DNA from: Shigella phage vB_SboS_Gloob
Sequence record: OL615011
DNA length: 64,000 nucleotides
Reading direction: 5' to 3' (one strand)
Part shown: piece after piece, positions 38,643 through 47,145 of the stretch
How the letters are laid out: each line of letters begins with the position of its first letter
How positions within the stretch are numbered: the stretch's first letter is position 1
Program-made: the position numbers and the translations under genes
The notes under the pieces: model-generated
The model's input: only the letters and a program-made list of their open reading frames with translations
What the model was told of the DNA's origin: nothing
Database searches by the model: none

Positions 38643-40404
38643 AACGCACCTCCGGCTCCACAGTTACAGCACCGATGCGAAGCACCTGGTTCTGTGTGGC
38701 CTGAATGTTCTGGTCAAGACCGTCTGGAGACACGATGATAGTCACTCCCTCGGTGTTGTAGTTGGATACTGTGATGCGCTGGAGTTCAACAACGCCATTC
38801 ACATAATCAACCGTTCCAACAGCTTGTACCAGATATTCCTTGGTCGTGTCTGCTGTACTCACCTTGTAGATATTCAGGACACCGCTGACATCGCGCATGT
38901 AGTAAGTGAAGTCGACCTCGGCCGGAAGCGGCTTAAACCCACTGATACGCACAGAACCAGATGCAATTGAGCGTCCATAATCGAACGTGAAGCTGTCCAG
39001 TACCCCATAGTCTGGCTTGAAGTGGCGCTTGTACTTCACGGAAGCGATGTTTGACGCTATCGATCTGTCCATGTCGGTGATGGCCGACTGCAACTGCTCT
39101 TTATCGAACAGTTCGTCGAATCCTTCCAGGTTCCCCAAGCCCCAGTTGACAACACCGTTCTTTACGACTGTCTTCAACTGCTCTTCGGTGTAGGCTGTGG
39201 AAGTCGGATCCCAGAACACGCGGGTGGTGACATCAACATAAGTCAGTTCGGCGTCGACAATCTTGGGTGTGATCGTACCCACATTGTACTTGTCCAAAGT
39301 CGCCACGATATCTGCCTTCTCAGCGTCCGACAGCGTCTCACCAACAGAAGGTACTACAGCAATGTAAACGTATCCAGAGTCGGGCGGAGATAGCGTGTCT
39401 CCGCCATATGCTTTGGCGCGGGAGACGTTGGAGAACAGACGCTCGGTCAACACAGCATAATCGACTTCGGCTACCGCCGCACCCTCAGCCTGATAAGCCA
39501 GCGGAGCAAGGCGCTTGATGTCCTCAATGCTCTCTGGGTCTGTACCGCCAGAAGAACGTTCTGACACCAGTTCAACATCTACAAGGTTGAAGCCCCCGAT
39601 GGAAGACGCAGAGGACAAGGCAGTGATGTCATTGCCGTCTGCACCAGAGGTCTCCAGATACTGAAGGTACACGACGTTCCCGTCTTCTACTCGTTTACAG
39701 ATATACCCATCACCGAATTCAAACGTGTACATCCCGTCTAACCCCAGCTCAACGAAGTAGAGTTGTGCATACTGGCTCAAATCGAACGGGCTGACATATC
39801 GTGAGAAGGTAGACCGCACGTCGGAGGTCTCAGATTCCTGTACCTGCACCACCATGTGGTTGATGTCCACGGAAGAAGATGGGATCACATAGGTAGAGAT
39901 CGCGCTGCCTTCCACGTCATAGGACTTGTACAGCCAGTTGCCCTGCACGAGTTTGATGTTCTCGAACTTGTAAGAGCCGTCTACAAGAGAGGCGCTCACA
40001 GGTTGGTCAACCGTGAAGTTGTAGGATTTGCCATCCTTCGCCCCAATGAACATCGCCCGGCGATCCATTACAATCGTGTCTGGAGCCGTGCTGGCGTCAT
40101 ATGGAGTGACTGTGACGTTTGCGTACAGGAACGCCGCCTGGTAGTTGTGAGGGGTGTAAGACAAGAACCCCGCCGCCAGACCGACATTAGAACGCTGTTG
40201 AGCAGAGTGAAGATGGCTTTCGCCATTCAGCATGTTCTGCATGAACCCGATAGAGTTGGCATCCGAGGCCAAGATACGCACGATTGCACTGAGACCAGAA
40301 CCTTCAAAGTCATAATCCTTGAAAGTTGGATCAGCTTTCATGCGCTTCTTGATAAGATACTCGAAAGCCCTGACATCGAGTGAAGGAACTGTTTGTGTGG
40401 CCAT
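38623..40404 (-). CDS. baseplate wedge protein, gp6-like candidate (about 593 aa)
   Basis: Start MATQTVPSL at ATG 40404; size and position; no search. Confidence 0.45.
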   Translation of the reverse strand: MATQTVPSLDVRAFEYLIKKRMKADPTFKDYDFEGSGLSAIVRILASDANSIGFMQNMLNGESHLHSAQQRSNVGLAAGFLSYTPHNYQAAFLYANVTVTPYDASTAPDTIVMDRRAMFIGAKDGKSYNFTVDQPVSASLVDGSYKFENIKLVQGNWLYKSYDVEGSAISTYVIPSSSVDINHMVVQVQESETSDVRSTFSRYVSPFDLSQYAQLYFVELGLDGMYTFEFGDGYICKRVEDGNVVYLQYLETSGADGNDITALSSASSIGGFNLVDVELVSERSSGGTDPESIEDIKRLAPLAYQAEGAAVAEVDYAVLTERLFSNVSRAKAYGGDTLSPPDSGYVYIAVVPSVGETLSDAEKADIVATLDKYNVGTITPKIVDAELTYVDVTTRVFWDPTSTAYTEEQLKTVVKNGVVNWGLGNLEGFDELFDKEQLQSAITDMDRSIASNIASVKYKRHFKPDYGVLDSFTFDYGRSIASGSVRISGFKPLPAEVDFTYYMRDVSGVLNIYKVSTADTTKEYLVQAVGTVDYVNGVVELQRITVSNYNTEGVTIIVSPDGLDQNIQATQNQVLRIGAVTVEPEVRYVQRSQ

Positions 40405-40442
40405 GTTTATCTCCATCACCTGAACTTGAATATGGTGTTGAA

Positions 40443-40451
40443 GATATTTAG
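40443..40451 (-). promoter_or_regulatory. late promoter motif variant CTAAATATC
   Basis: About 40 nt upstream of ATG 40404. Confidence 0.35.
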
Positions 40452-40753
40452 CGGGATGGGATTGAATCTTCCTCGCGCGTTATTTTATTATACTATCACT
40501 CGCTCCACTGCGTTCCGCTCGGATAACACCGCCTTGACAGGCAGTCCCATTCCACAGCCATGGAGGCTGCTTTTCGTTGTTCGTTAACACTCACAACTCA
40601 AAGGGCACCACAGTAAGATACAGTCTCTGAGTGGTGTAGAAAAGTAGTTTTTGCCTATTAATAAACCACGCTCCTATTTGTTGGCCTTTAATTCAATAAC
40701 ACTTCCACCAATATAATAGTCCGGTCAATCAACCGTATATTAAGGAACCTCTC

Positions 40754-41326
40754 ATGCACATCAACACTGCTATCACGAAACACATCATTCCTTTGTTAGA
40801 GAAATATGAAGGGAAGAAATCAAAGGATATTTCGTTTGAAGATATATCCGCCGAAGTGAAGCGCTTGACACGTAAAGAAGTCAATTTCCGCCGTGTCCCC
40901 CCATCTGCAGTAGATCGGGCAAAGTCAGATTTGAACACGGCTTCCACTTTCTCCTTTAATATCGATGCCACGGCGACATTGGTATCCGAATTAACGCAGT
41001 CGTCACAAGCCCGTCGCGATCGCTTCCGCCATTTATGTGTGGCCAACGACTACCCCAGCACCCGTGTCGGCATCAAGCTTGAAGCAATCCGCTCCGAGGT
41101 GTGCTTCACAGTGAACTACATCCTGGAGCCTGAAACCAGCAACATTTATTTCGCAGCCATCATCGGCTTCTATGGTACATCCATTAATGGTTGGGCTGAG
41201 CGCGTTGAATTAAAAGAGACTCTGAACAAACACAGCATCCCGTCCACCCATTATATGTCGCTGGCCGCCGCTCGCGAATATGTGTATCTGCTCGAGCGTG
41301 ATGTGAAGTTAAAAGTGGTAAAATAA
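40754..41326 (+). CDS. hypothetical protein (190 aa)
   Basis: ORF track; AAGGA SD. Confidence 0.5.
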   Translation: MHINTAITKHIIPLLEKYEGKKSKDISFEDISAEVKRLTRKEVNFRRVPPSAVDRAKSDLNTASTFSFNIDATATLVSELTQSSQARRDRFRHLCVANDYPSTRVGIKLEAIRSEVCFTVNYILEPETSNIYFAAIIGFYGTSINGWAERVELKETLNKHSIPSTHYMSLAAAREYVYLLERDVKLKVVK

Positions 41327-41383
41327 CGCTTTATTCAATACAGAATTGCAGTAAAGTTAGTTGCATGGAAGGGAGGGAACACT

Positions 41384-41530
41384 ATGTTTTACATGATGTT
41401 GCTCCTCATCCTCCTGATCGGGATTACCTTTACTCTCCTGGGTCTACCCGATCAGTCCGGTAAACAGTCGCCCACTTCGGTGCATCCGGTTTTGAGTGAA
41501 GGTTCGTCCGCACTGCTGTGGGTAGTGTAA
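41384..41530 (+). CDS. small hydrophobic peptide (48 aa)
   Basis: Strong SD GGAAGGGAGGG; MFYMMLLLILLIGITFTLLGL is a single TM helix; too short for the ORF track. Confidence 0.4.
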   Translation: MFYMMLLLILLIGITFTLLGLPDQSGKQSPTSVHPVLSEGSSALLWVV

Positions 41531-43413
41531 CTCAAAGAGGAGAGGACTTTTCAAATTAGCTGGGCTGCGGTAAAGTATTAAACGTGAGGCGAACAGCGCA
41601 TTGAGTTAGGCATCTAAAGCCGACCTCACTAATCCCAGTCTCAGGGGCATGCGTGAATAGAGGCGTGACATCCACCTTGCATGGTGTTAGTGGACGCACT
41701 GACCGTCGGAGAACGAAACTCCCTGTTGTAGCGTGATTAGCTCAGAAATAGAGAGCACCCCGTTGGCAAGTCGACACCAACACATAGGGGAGGTCGGGGG
41801 CGCTAATCTCCATCACGCCGACAACATTATGAGTCTTCACAGAGGGTTCATAATGTTGCGTCAAAGGGCAACACAAAGGTTCCTGTTGGTTGAATTAACT
41901 TGATTCATAGTTCCTGCTGATCTTCCCGGATTCGAAGGAGCACCAACAGGCGAGGCCGGATGCGTAAGTTCCGGCAAATCGATGGCGAGGTGGTGCATTG
42001 GTGACACGGGGTAGCGCCCAGAAGTGTGGTTCGATTCCACACCCTCGCCAACAAATTAAAGGGTTTTCAATAACGGGTTGTAGAGTATAGTTAACCCACT
42101 GAACGAAAAGCTGTTTGGGCATTAGACAAACACTTCGATGTGAACCCAGGACATGGCGTCTTGTGCTCAAACAGGTTTTCGTTCTCGTTGCTTGCGGCTT
42201 TGCGGGTTTTAAGAAACAGACCACAAAGATAAATGCAAATGATAACGCTTATCTGGCAGTAGCTTAACAGCTAAAACACCAGTGAGGTCTTCCGACTCCT
42301 CATAACGAAATTCGGCGCACTAAAATAGGCGGGAGGGTGTGATTAATAAGCTCCCGCCGACATCTGAGAGGGCACTTGATCGAGGTCGGTATCCGCTATA
42401 CGGGATGCTGTAAAATGAATCCACGGAGTGTCCTCCCAGATGTGACTCACAGCACATCAGTTTGCAGTTATGCAAGCTTCAATAAGTTAAAACACGCCTC
42501 AGGCGTTCTGGGATGAAGCCCTGAAAAGTGGAATCCCCAGGGCTGGCAATCCCTGTTAAAGAAGTAGCCGTGTGGGGGTCAGCCCCCCACAACGCAAAGT
42601 AGAGTCCTCTGGACATTGAACTTAACCCAAGGGTTGATTCACATGGTGAACGTTCCCGGCGGCGATAGTACAAGATGAGGGGTCATTGAAGTTCAGAGAA
42701 CTCTACTTTGCGGCAGGTACTGCAAAACAGTGATCATCCTGACAAGTGTGATCACTCTACGATACAAACTGAGTTCGGGCTATCAACCCATACCGTTCTG
42801 GCGGGTCACAAAATACCAGAGAACAAGTTTGCTATCGGCCAGCCTCGTTTGGTCTGAACGTTAGAGGACAAGTGCTGAAGTGTGACGAAGACACTGAAGT
42901 GCGGGTTGTTTAGTGAATCCTGCTAAGCGCAAGGGTTGAGTGGCAAGAACCACCTGAGGATAAGTCAACGCCATTATTCGCCATGATAATGGCATCGGGA
43001 GGCACCCGACACTAAACCGTTTGGCCTGGCGAAAGCAGGCAAGTATCTGGGGTCGATCACCTTATCCTCACCCAGATGCGGGTTGCAGCCTGGCTGCAAC
43101 TCTGATGGCTCTCAATATTCCATAATGTATATCGGTTGTGGATGACAGGTAAATGAGCGGAAAGGCGAGAGCCATCAGAGTTGTGACCAACCCGATCTTG
43201 CAAGCCCGTATCCCTGTATGGTCAAGACTTGCAAGTGGAAAGCCCTGGAAAAATAAACGCCTGTTGTGAGGCCACGGTGCAAGCCAATGACCAACAGAAG
43301 CGCATGCCGTGAGGCGCACAAAGAGGCCTGCATGAACTGATCATGCACAAACGGGATAAAGGGTTGACAGTCCTTGGTTGGTTGCACAATAATGTGTATT
43401 AGGAGCAACATCA
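41531..43413. other. ORF-free, hairpin-dense region; candidate structured ncRNA(s) or cis-acting DNA element
   Basis: No credible ORF on either strand; long perfect inverted repeats and reiterated GGGTTG motif (see findings). Confidence 0.5.
41949..42050 (+). other. tRNA-like element with canonical T-arm and acceptor 3' half but aberrant 5' half
   Basis: TGTGG-TTCGATT-CCACA then CCTCGCC pairing with upstream GGCGAGG; body does not fit a standard cloverleaf. Confidence 0.25.
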
Positions 43414-43635
43414 ATGAGTTATTTTGTATGTGTCTGTGATGTTGAATATTTTGATAAATTTGCTAGGGAATCTTTCTATTCTTTCTTACCGATCCAATCG
43501 TTTAAAACTGAATCGGAAGCAAATAAATCAATGGAACTAATGAGACCTCTTTACAGGAAGGAACTTGCTATTTTGCAGGATTCTGACCTAATAATCATGG
43601 GTAATAGGATCACAAGATCGGTGCCCAAGATATAA
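43414..43635 (+). CDS. hypothetical protein (73 aa) abutting tRNA-Met
   Basis: AGGAG SD; stop 6 nt before tRNA. Confidence 0.45.
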   Translation: MSYFVCVCDVEYFDKFARESFYSFLPIQSFKTESEANKSMELMRPLYRKELAILQDSDLIIMGNRITRSVPKI

Positions 43636-43641
43636 AATTTC

Positions 43642-43717
<76 letters not shown>

Positions 43718-44126
43718 TATTAAGGGGCGATAGTTTAAGGGATAGCTGTCCGGACAGCGAATCCTCATAGAGAACGGCTGGGCGGCCAAACCCAGCAGGT
43801 GAGGTGAAAAGCCTCAGACCCCGCCAAATTTGTGTTGAAGAGACGTTGGGTCAGAACCAACTCGCCCGAAAGGGGGATCGTATAGCGGTAATTATGCTTC
43901 GACACAACAGCATTATGGGGAGCACCGATGAGATGAGGGTTCGGGCGAGTTAAGCGACGGCCGATTAAGTCCTGTACTCTGTTCAAGGTGGTCTTAACCT
44001 CCCCACCAAATATTGTTGGACTGCCAGCAAGCTCCGGTCTACGGCAGGCGTGATGGGATCGCGGAATTCAAATACCGCCTTGGGAGCACCTAAATAAACC
44101 AGTTGTTCAATAAACAGTTGGTGAGT

Positions 44127-44327
44127 ATGATGAAAACGTTCGGTGATTTTATTGCTGAGTGGGATGGCCTCGCTACCGACAACAAAGAGATTGTCGAGTT
44201 TGTTGAAAAGCGAGGTGACAAGTGGGTTGTCCTTGACCACACCAAGACGAAGGTTCTTGGTACACATGACACCAAAGCTGACGCTGATGCCCAATTAAGG
44301 GCGATTGAAGCGAACAAGCACGGATAA
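44127..44327 (+). CDS. hypothetical protein (about 66 aa) abutting tRNA-Asn
   Basis: ORF track (track start is TTG at 44103; ATG at 44127). Confidence 0.4.
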   Translation: MMKTFGDFIAEWDGLATDNKEIVEFVEKRGDKWVVLDHTKTKVLGTHDTKADADAQLRAIEANKHG

Positions 44328-44328
44328 A

Positions 44329-44404
44329 GACGATGTAGTTCAGTCGGTAGAACGGTGGACTGTTAATCCATATGTCACAGGTTCAAGTCCTGTCATCGTC
44401 GCCA
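44329..44404 (+). tRNA. tRNA-Asn (anticodon GTT)
   Basis: GACGATG acceptor, D-arm GTTC-AGTCGGTA-GAAC, anticodon loop CTGTTAA, T-arm ACAGG-TTCAAGT-CCTGT, CCA encoded. Confidence 0.8.
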
Positions 44405-44661
44405 GACAATGGGTGTGAACGAAAGTGAATAGGCACGAAGTACGCGACCGACAAGCTCCAAGCCTCTGTCCAATAGCCGAACGGAATCTGAAGACGACGA
44501 TAGTAACGCCCACCAAATTCAGAGTGTAGAGGCTACAGTAGTGCGCACCTCACGGGTTGCTACACCGGACACTCTGATACAAATCTGCCGCTGCGTGGAT
44601 TAGCTGAGGAAGGATGGCCGATGTCCTCGAGCGTGGCCCAGCACGCAGCGGTAGACCAAAT

Positions 44662-44745
44662 GTGAGTGTGGCAGAGCGGTCGAATGCAGGAGACTGTAAA
44701 TCTCCCCGTAACAGCGCGGTGGTTCGAATCCATCCACTCACACCA
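44662..44745 (+). tRNA. tRNA-Tyr (anticodon GTA), long variable arm
   Basis: Acceptor GTGAGTG/CACTCAC, anticodon stem GGAGA/TCTCC with loop CTGTAAA, T-loop TTCGAAT, CCA encoded. Confidence 0.7.
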
Positions 44746-44886
44746 AACACAGTAAGCGTTGCAGCCACGCTGTGTATCTGGCCAGAAGGCACTGGTCGCC
44801 AGTTAACCAATCGGCGCTGAGAAGCGCGGGGAGTTGGGCTACGGCAGATCAAATGCTCAATCGGGTGTGAAGCCCGTCTAAATTTC

Positions 44887-44970
44887 GCGGGAGCCATAGG
44901 GGTTGGACAGTAGCCGACTGATCATCGGCGACGATCACTGGACAGGTTCGAATCCTGATCTCCCGCTCCA
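44887..44970 (+). tRNA. probable tRNA-Ile (anticodon GAT) with atypical T-stem and long variable region
   Basis: Acceptor GCGGGAG/CTCCCGC, anticodon stem GCCGA/TCGGC with loop CTGATCA, T-loop TTCGAAT; geometry imperfect by eye. Confidence 0.4.
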
Positions 44971-44974
44971 AATT

Positions 44975-45063
44975 GGAAGGTTGCCCGAGAGGTTTAAGAG
45001 ACTCGACTGCTAATCGAGTGGGGCTTTTAGCCCCCGAAGGTTCGAATCCTTCACCTTCCGCCA
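44975..45063 (+). tRNA. tRNA-Ser (anticodon GCT), long variable arm
   Basis: Acceptor GGAAGGT/ACCTTCC, anticodon stem CTCGA/TCGAG with loop CTGCTAA, variable arm TGGGGCTTTTAGCCCCC, T-arm GAAGG-TTCGAAT-CCTTC, CCA encoded. Confidence 0.75.
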
Positions 45064-45158
45064 AATTTGCGATCATCGCGGAAATCCCAGACGCGAGTGG
45101 AGGCCAGGGTGAAGACTGGCACAGTTCATCGACGGCAAAGATGGCTGTCTCCTGGAAT

Positions 45159-45224
45159 TGGGTGGCCTGAATGGTAGGGAAAGCGAGCCAAGCGTCGTGG
45201 GTTCAATTCCCACTCACCCAGCCC
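45159..45224 (+). other. truncated tRNA-like element (about 62 nt)
   Basis: T-arm GTGGG-TTCAATT-CCCAC and acceptor TGGGTGG/TCACCCA but only about 31 nt where D and anticodon arms should be. Confidence 0.25.
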
Positions 45225-45474
45225 CAGATGGAATGGGTCCATCATCGCAAATCATATTTTGGGCGTGACTTCCTGAAGAGTTAGAAGATGTGCATGTCGA
45301 CTCTCTCGTAATCAGGTGTTTAGGAAGTTAAGAAAATCGGAGCGAGGATGGTGAAATGCAAATAGCTTTCTCTACGCTTACGACTTCGGGTTCGATTCCC
45401 GACGCGCTCTCCCATAGGGCAGTACCAGTGCAAAGTGTGTAGTCTTTTCAACCCATCCCCATCGATGTGGCATA

Positions 45475-45503
45475 GCCAGGTAAGGAAACCTGGCTTTCTT
45501 TTG
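45475..45503 (+). terminator. rho-independent terminator ending the tRNA region
   Basis: GCCAGGT-AAGGAA-ACCTGGC followed by TTTCTTTTG. Confidence 0.7.
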
Positions 45504-45508
45504 TCCGG

Positions 45509-45516
45509 TATAAATA
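45509..45516 (+). promoter_or_regulatory. T4-type late promoter box TATAAATA
   Basis: Exact T4 late consensus about 28 nt upstream of ATG 45544. Confidence 0.4.
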
Positions 45517-45543
45517 GATCTGAACTTGTACAGGAGGTGTATC

Positions 45544-45780
45544 ATGGCAACAGCCAAGTTTACTCTGGATGCAAGTACATGGACGCAAGTCTCAGATGGC
45601 ACATCATTGAAAACAATACAAGTGACTCAAGGTTCTGTGTATTTGTGCGATAACCCAACCACGCCGAGTGCTTCCTCTCCGGCTCATACTCTCTATCAAG
45701 GTAATATCGTTGTGCTCACCCCGCCGACTGTTGGGTGGGTTAAGAGCGCGTCTTCTGCTTCCTCTGTTATCGTGTCCTAG
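45544..45780 (+). CDS. hypothetical protein (78 aa)
   Basis: AGGAGG SD; ATG. Confidence 0.5.
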   Translation: MATAKFTLDASTWTQVSDGTSLKTIQVTQGSVYLCDNPTTPSASSPAHTLYQGNIVVLTPPTVGWVKSASSASSVIVS

Positions 45781-45788
45781 GAGGAGCC

Positions 45789-46307
45789 ATGGCCATTCTA
45801 CCTTCTCCTTACCTGGGCAATATGCTCCAGACGCACCGCATCAAAGTTGAAGTGAGGTTCTCTGGCCTCACAGCGGCTTTGCCTGCTGGAGCGACTGGTG
45901 TTGATCTCTTAACGTTGTTGGACGGCAAAACACCGCATCCTTCGTCTGTGACTGGGTTAGCCCCTTTCTTCAAATTGTCCGACCATAAGTTCCATGCATT
46001 TCCGGTCGATTCTATCTTGCCTGTCAAGGTGAACATCATCGGAACATGGTCCGGGTCGACCTCCAACCGAACAATGTTGCTGGACTTTGTCGGCTCAACA
46101 GGCAACCAGATATCCAAGAGTCGAGATTCCAGCGTACCACCCCCAGACGTTCTCTCCTTCATCACGTTCTTCAGTGTTGACAAGGCGGGGAACCTCGCGA
46201 CCAACGGGGCGCAGATGAAGCTGTATTCTTATGGTGGCGACTTCACCGTTAATGAGATCGTTCTGATCGCAGAGCAGGTGGTTCCTCTCTACATGAATAT
46301 CATCTAA
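45789..46307 (+). CDS. hypothetical protein (172 aa)
   Basis: GGAGGAG SD; ATG. Confidence 0.5.
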   Translation: MAILPSPYLGNMLQTHRIKVEVRFSGLTAALPAGATGVDLLTLLDGKTPHPSSVTGLAPFFKLSDHKFHAFPVDSILPVKVNIIGTWSGSTSNRTMLLDFVGSTGNQISKSRDSSVPPPDVLSFITFFSVDKAGNLATNGAQMKLYSYGGDFTVNEIVLIAEQVVPLYMNII

Positions 46308-46324
46308 TTTGTTCAACAACTAAT

Positions 46325-46354
46325 AGGGGTTTAAAATTTAACCGTTAAACCCCT
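46325..46354 (+). terminator. hairpin GGGGTTTAA...TTAAACCCC
   Basis: Perfect 9-bp stem after stop at 46307. Confidence 0.5.
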
Positions 46355-46377
46355 ATCATTGATTTGAGGATACACCA

Positions 46378-47076
46378 ATGCGTAATGTTTCTATCTGGGA
46401 AAATACTGAAGAATGGGAATTGCAGTCCACCCCAACTATAATCCGTATGTTCCAATACAAAGGCAACAAGCGTACTCTGAACGAGTTCTTGTCGCCGAAT
46501 TATATCCATCGCGGCTCCCAGCTCGCTCCGCGTGATCTCAACCAGCCTGGCGAATGCACGCCCTTTGATCTCGACGTGAAGGGGCAGGTTGTTCTTATGG
46601 GTTACTCTAGTATTACCGCCGCCGAAGAGGGCGACGGTCAGCCGTTCAAAGTATTCTATACGCGTGAACAGGCAATCCATTGGCTGGTCAAAAACTTCTT
46701 CTATTTCTATGGTGATGAAAGCGCAACCCGCCGTTGTCGTAAAGCCGTTTCTATGGACTTCGACGCAGAGAATCGGAAGTACCAGGCCATGGCTCGCGAG
46801 TACGAAAAGAATCTCGTCAAGCCTGTCACTGTGGTTGACAACAAATACGTCGCTGAATCCCCGCGTCATACAGTGAATATCGTTCCGGCTACGAAGGACG
46901 CCTCATTGGGCGAGATTGAAGAAAGCCTGAATCGAAAATATGTAGAGCCACCTGTGGCTCCTACCCCTCCGGCCAGTCGTGTTCTGAATGATCAGGGTGC
47001 TCCGGTAAAACAAAAGGTCAAGAAGCCGACTTTCATGGAAAACATGATGAAGTTCCTTCGTCTGTTCAAGAAGTAA
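46378..47076 (+). CDS. hypothetical protein (232 aa)
   Basis: ORF track. Confidence 0.5.
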   Translation: MRNVSIWENTEEWELQSTPTIIRMFQYKGNKRTLNEFLSPNYIHRGSQLAPRDLNQPGECTPFDLDVKGQVVLMGYSSITAAEEGDGQPFKVFYTREQAIHWLVKNFFYFYGDESATRRCRKAVSMDFDAENRKYQAMAREYEKNLVKPVTVVDNKYVAESPRHTVNIVPATKDASLGEIEESLNRKYVEPPVAPTPPASRVLNDQGAPVKQKVKKPTFMENMMKFLRLFKK

Positions 47077-47145
47077 GCCGAGATTCTCCTTTTCTATACT
47101 CCTGTAGATACGCTATGATAAGCCAATGTCTACAGGAGAAATAGA

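Noticed and set aside
41531-43413. Group I or group II intron, tmRNA or RNase P RNA as identity of the structured block
   Set aside because: No P7-like GACUA core, no domain-V-like motif, no tag-peptide ORF ending in ALAA, no RNase P P4 signature seen by eye; left as unclassified
41895-43414. Minus-strand ORFs 41895-42224, 42479-42673, 43068-43319 and 43175-43414
   Set aside because: Cys/Arg/Trp/His-rich junk-like translations with no SD and overlapping strong RNA-like hairpins; region treated as non-coding
44550-45170. ORFs overlapping the tRNA genes (for example 44614-44820, 44849-45076, 44973-45170)
   Set aside because: They read through tRNA sequences; the tRNA folds are the better explanation
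45340-45413. Calling the T-arm-bearing element at 45340-45413 a functional tRNA
   Set aside because: No D-stem partner and one acceptor mismatch by hand folding; kept only as a tRNA-like element in the findings
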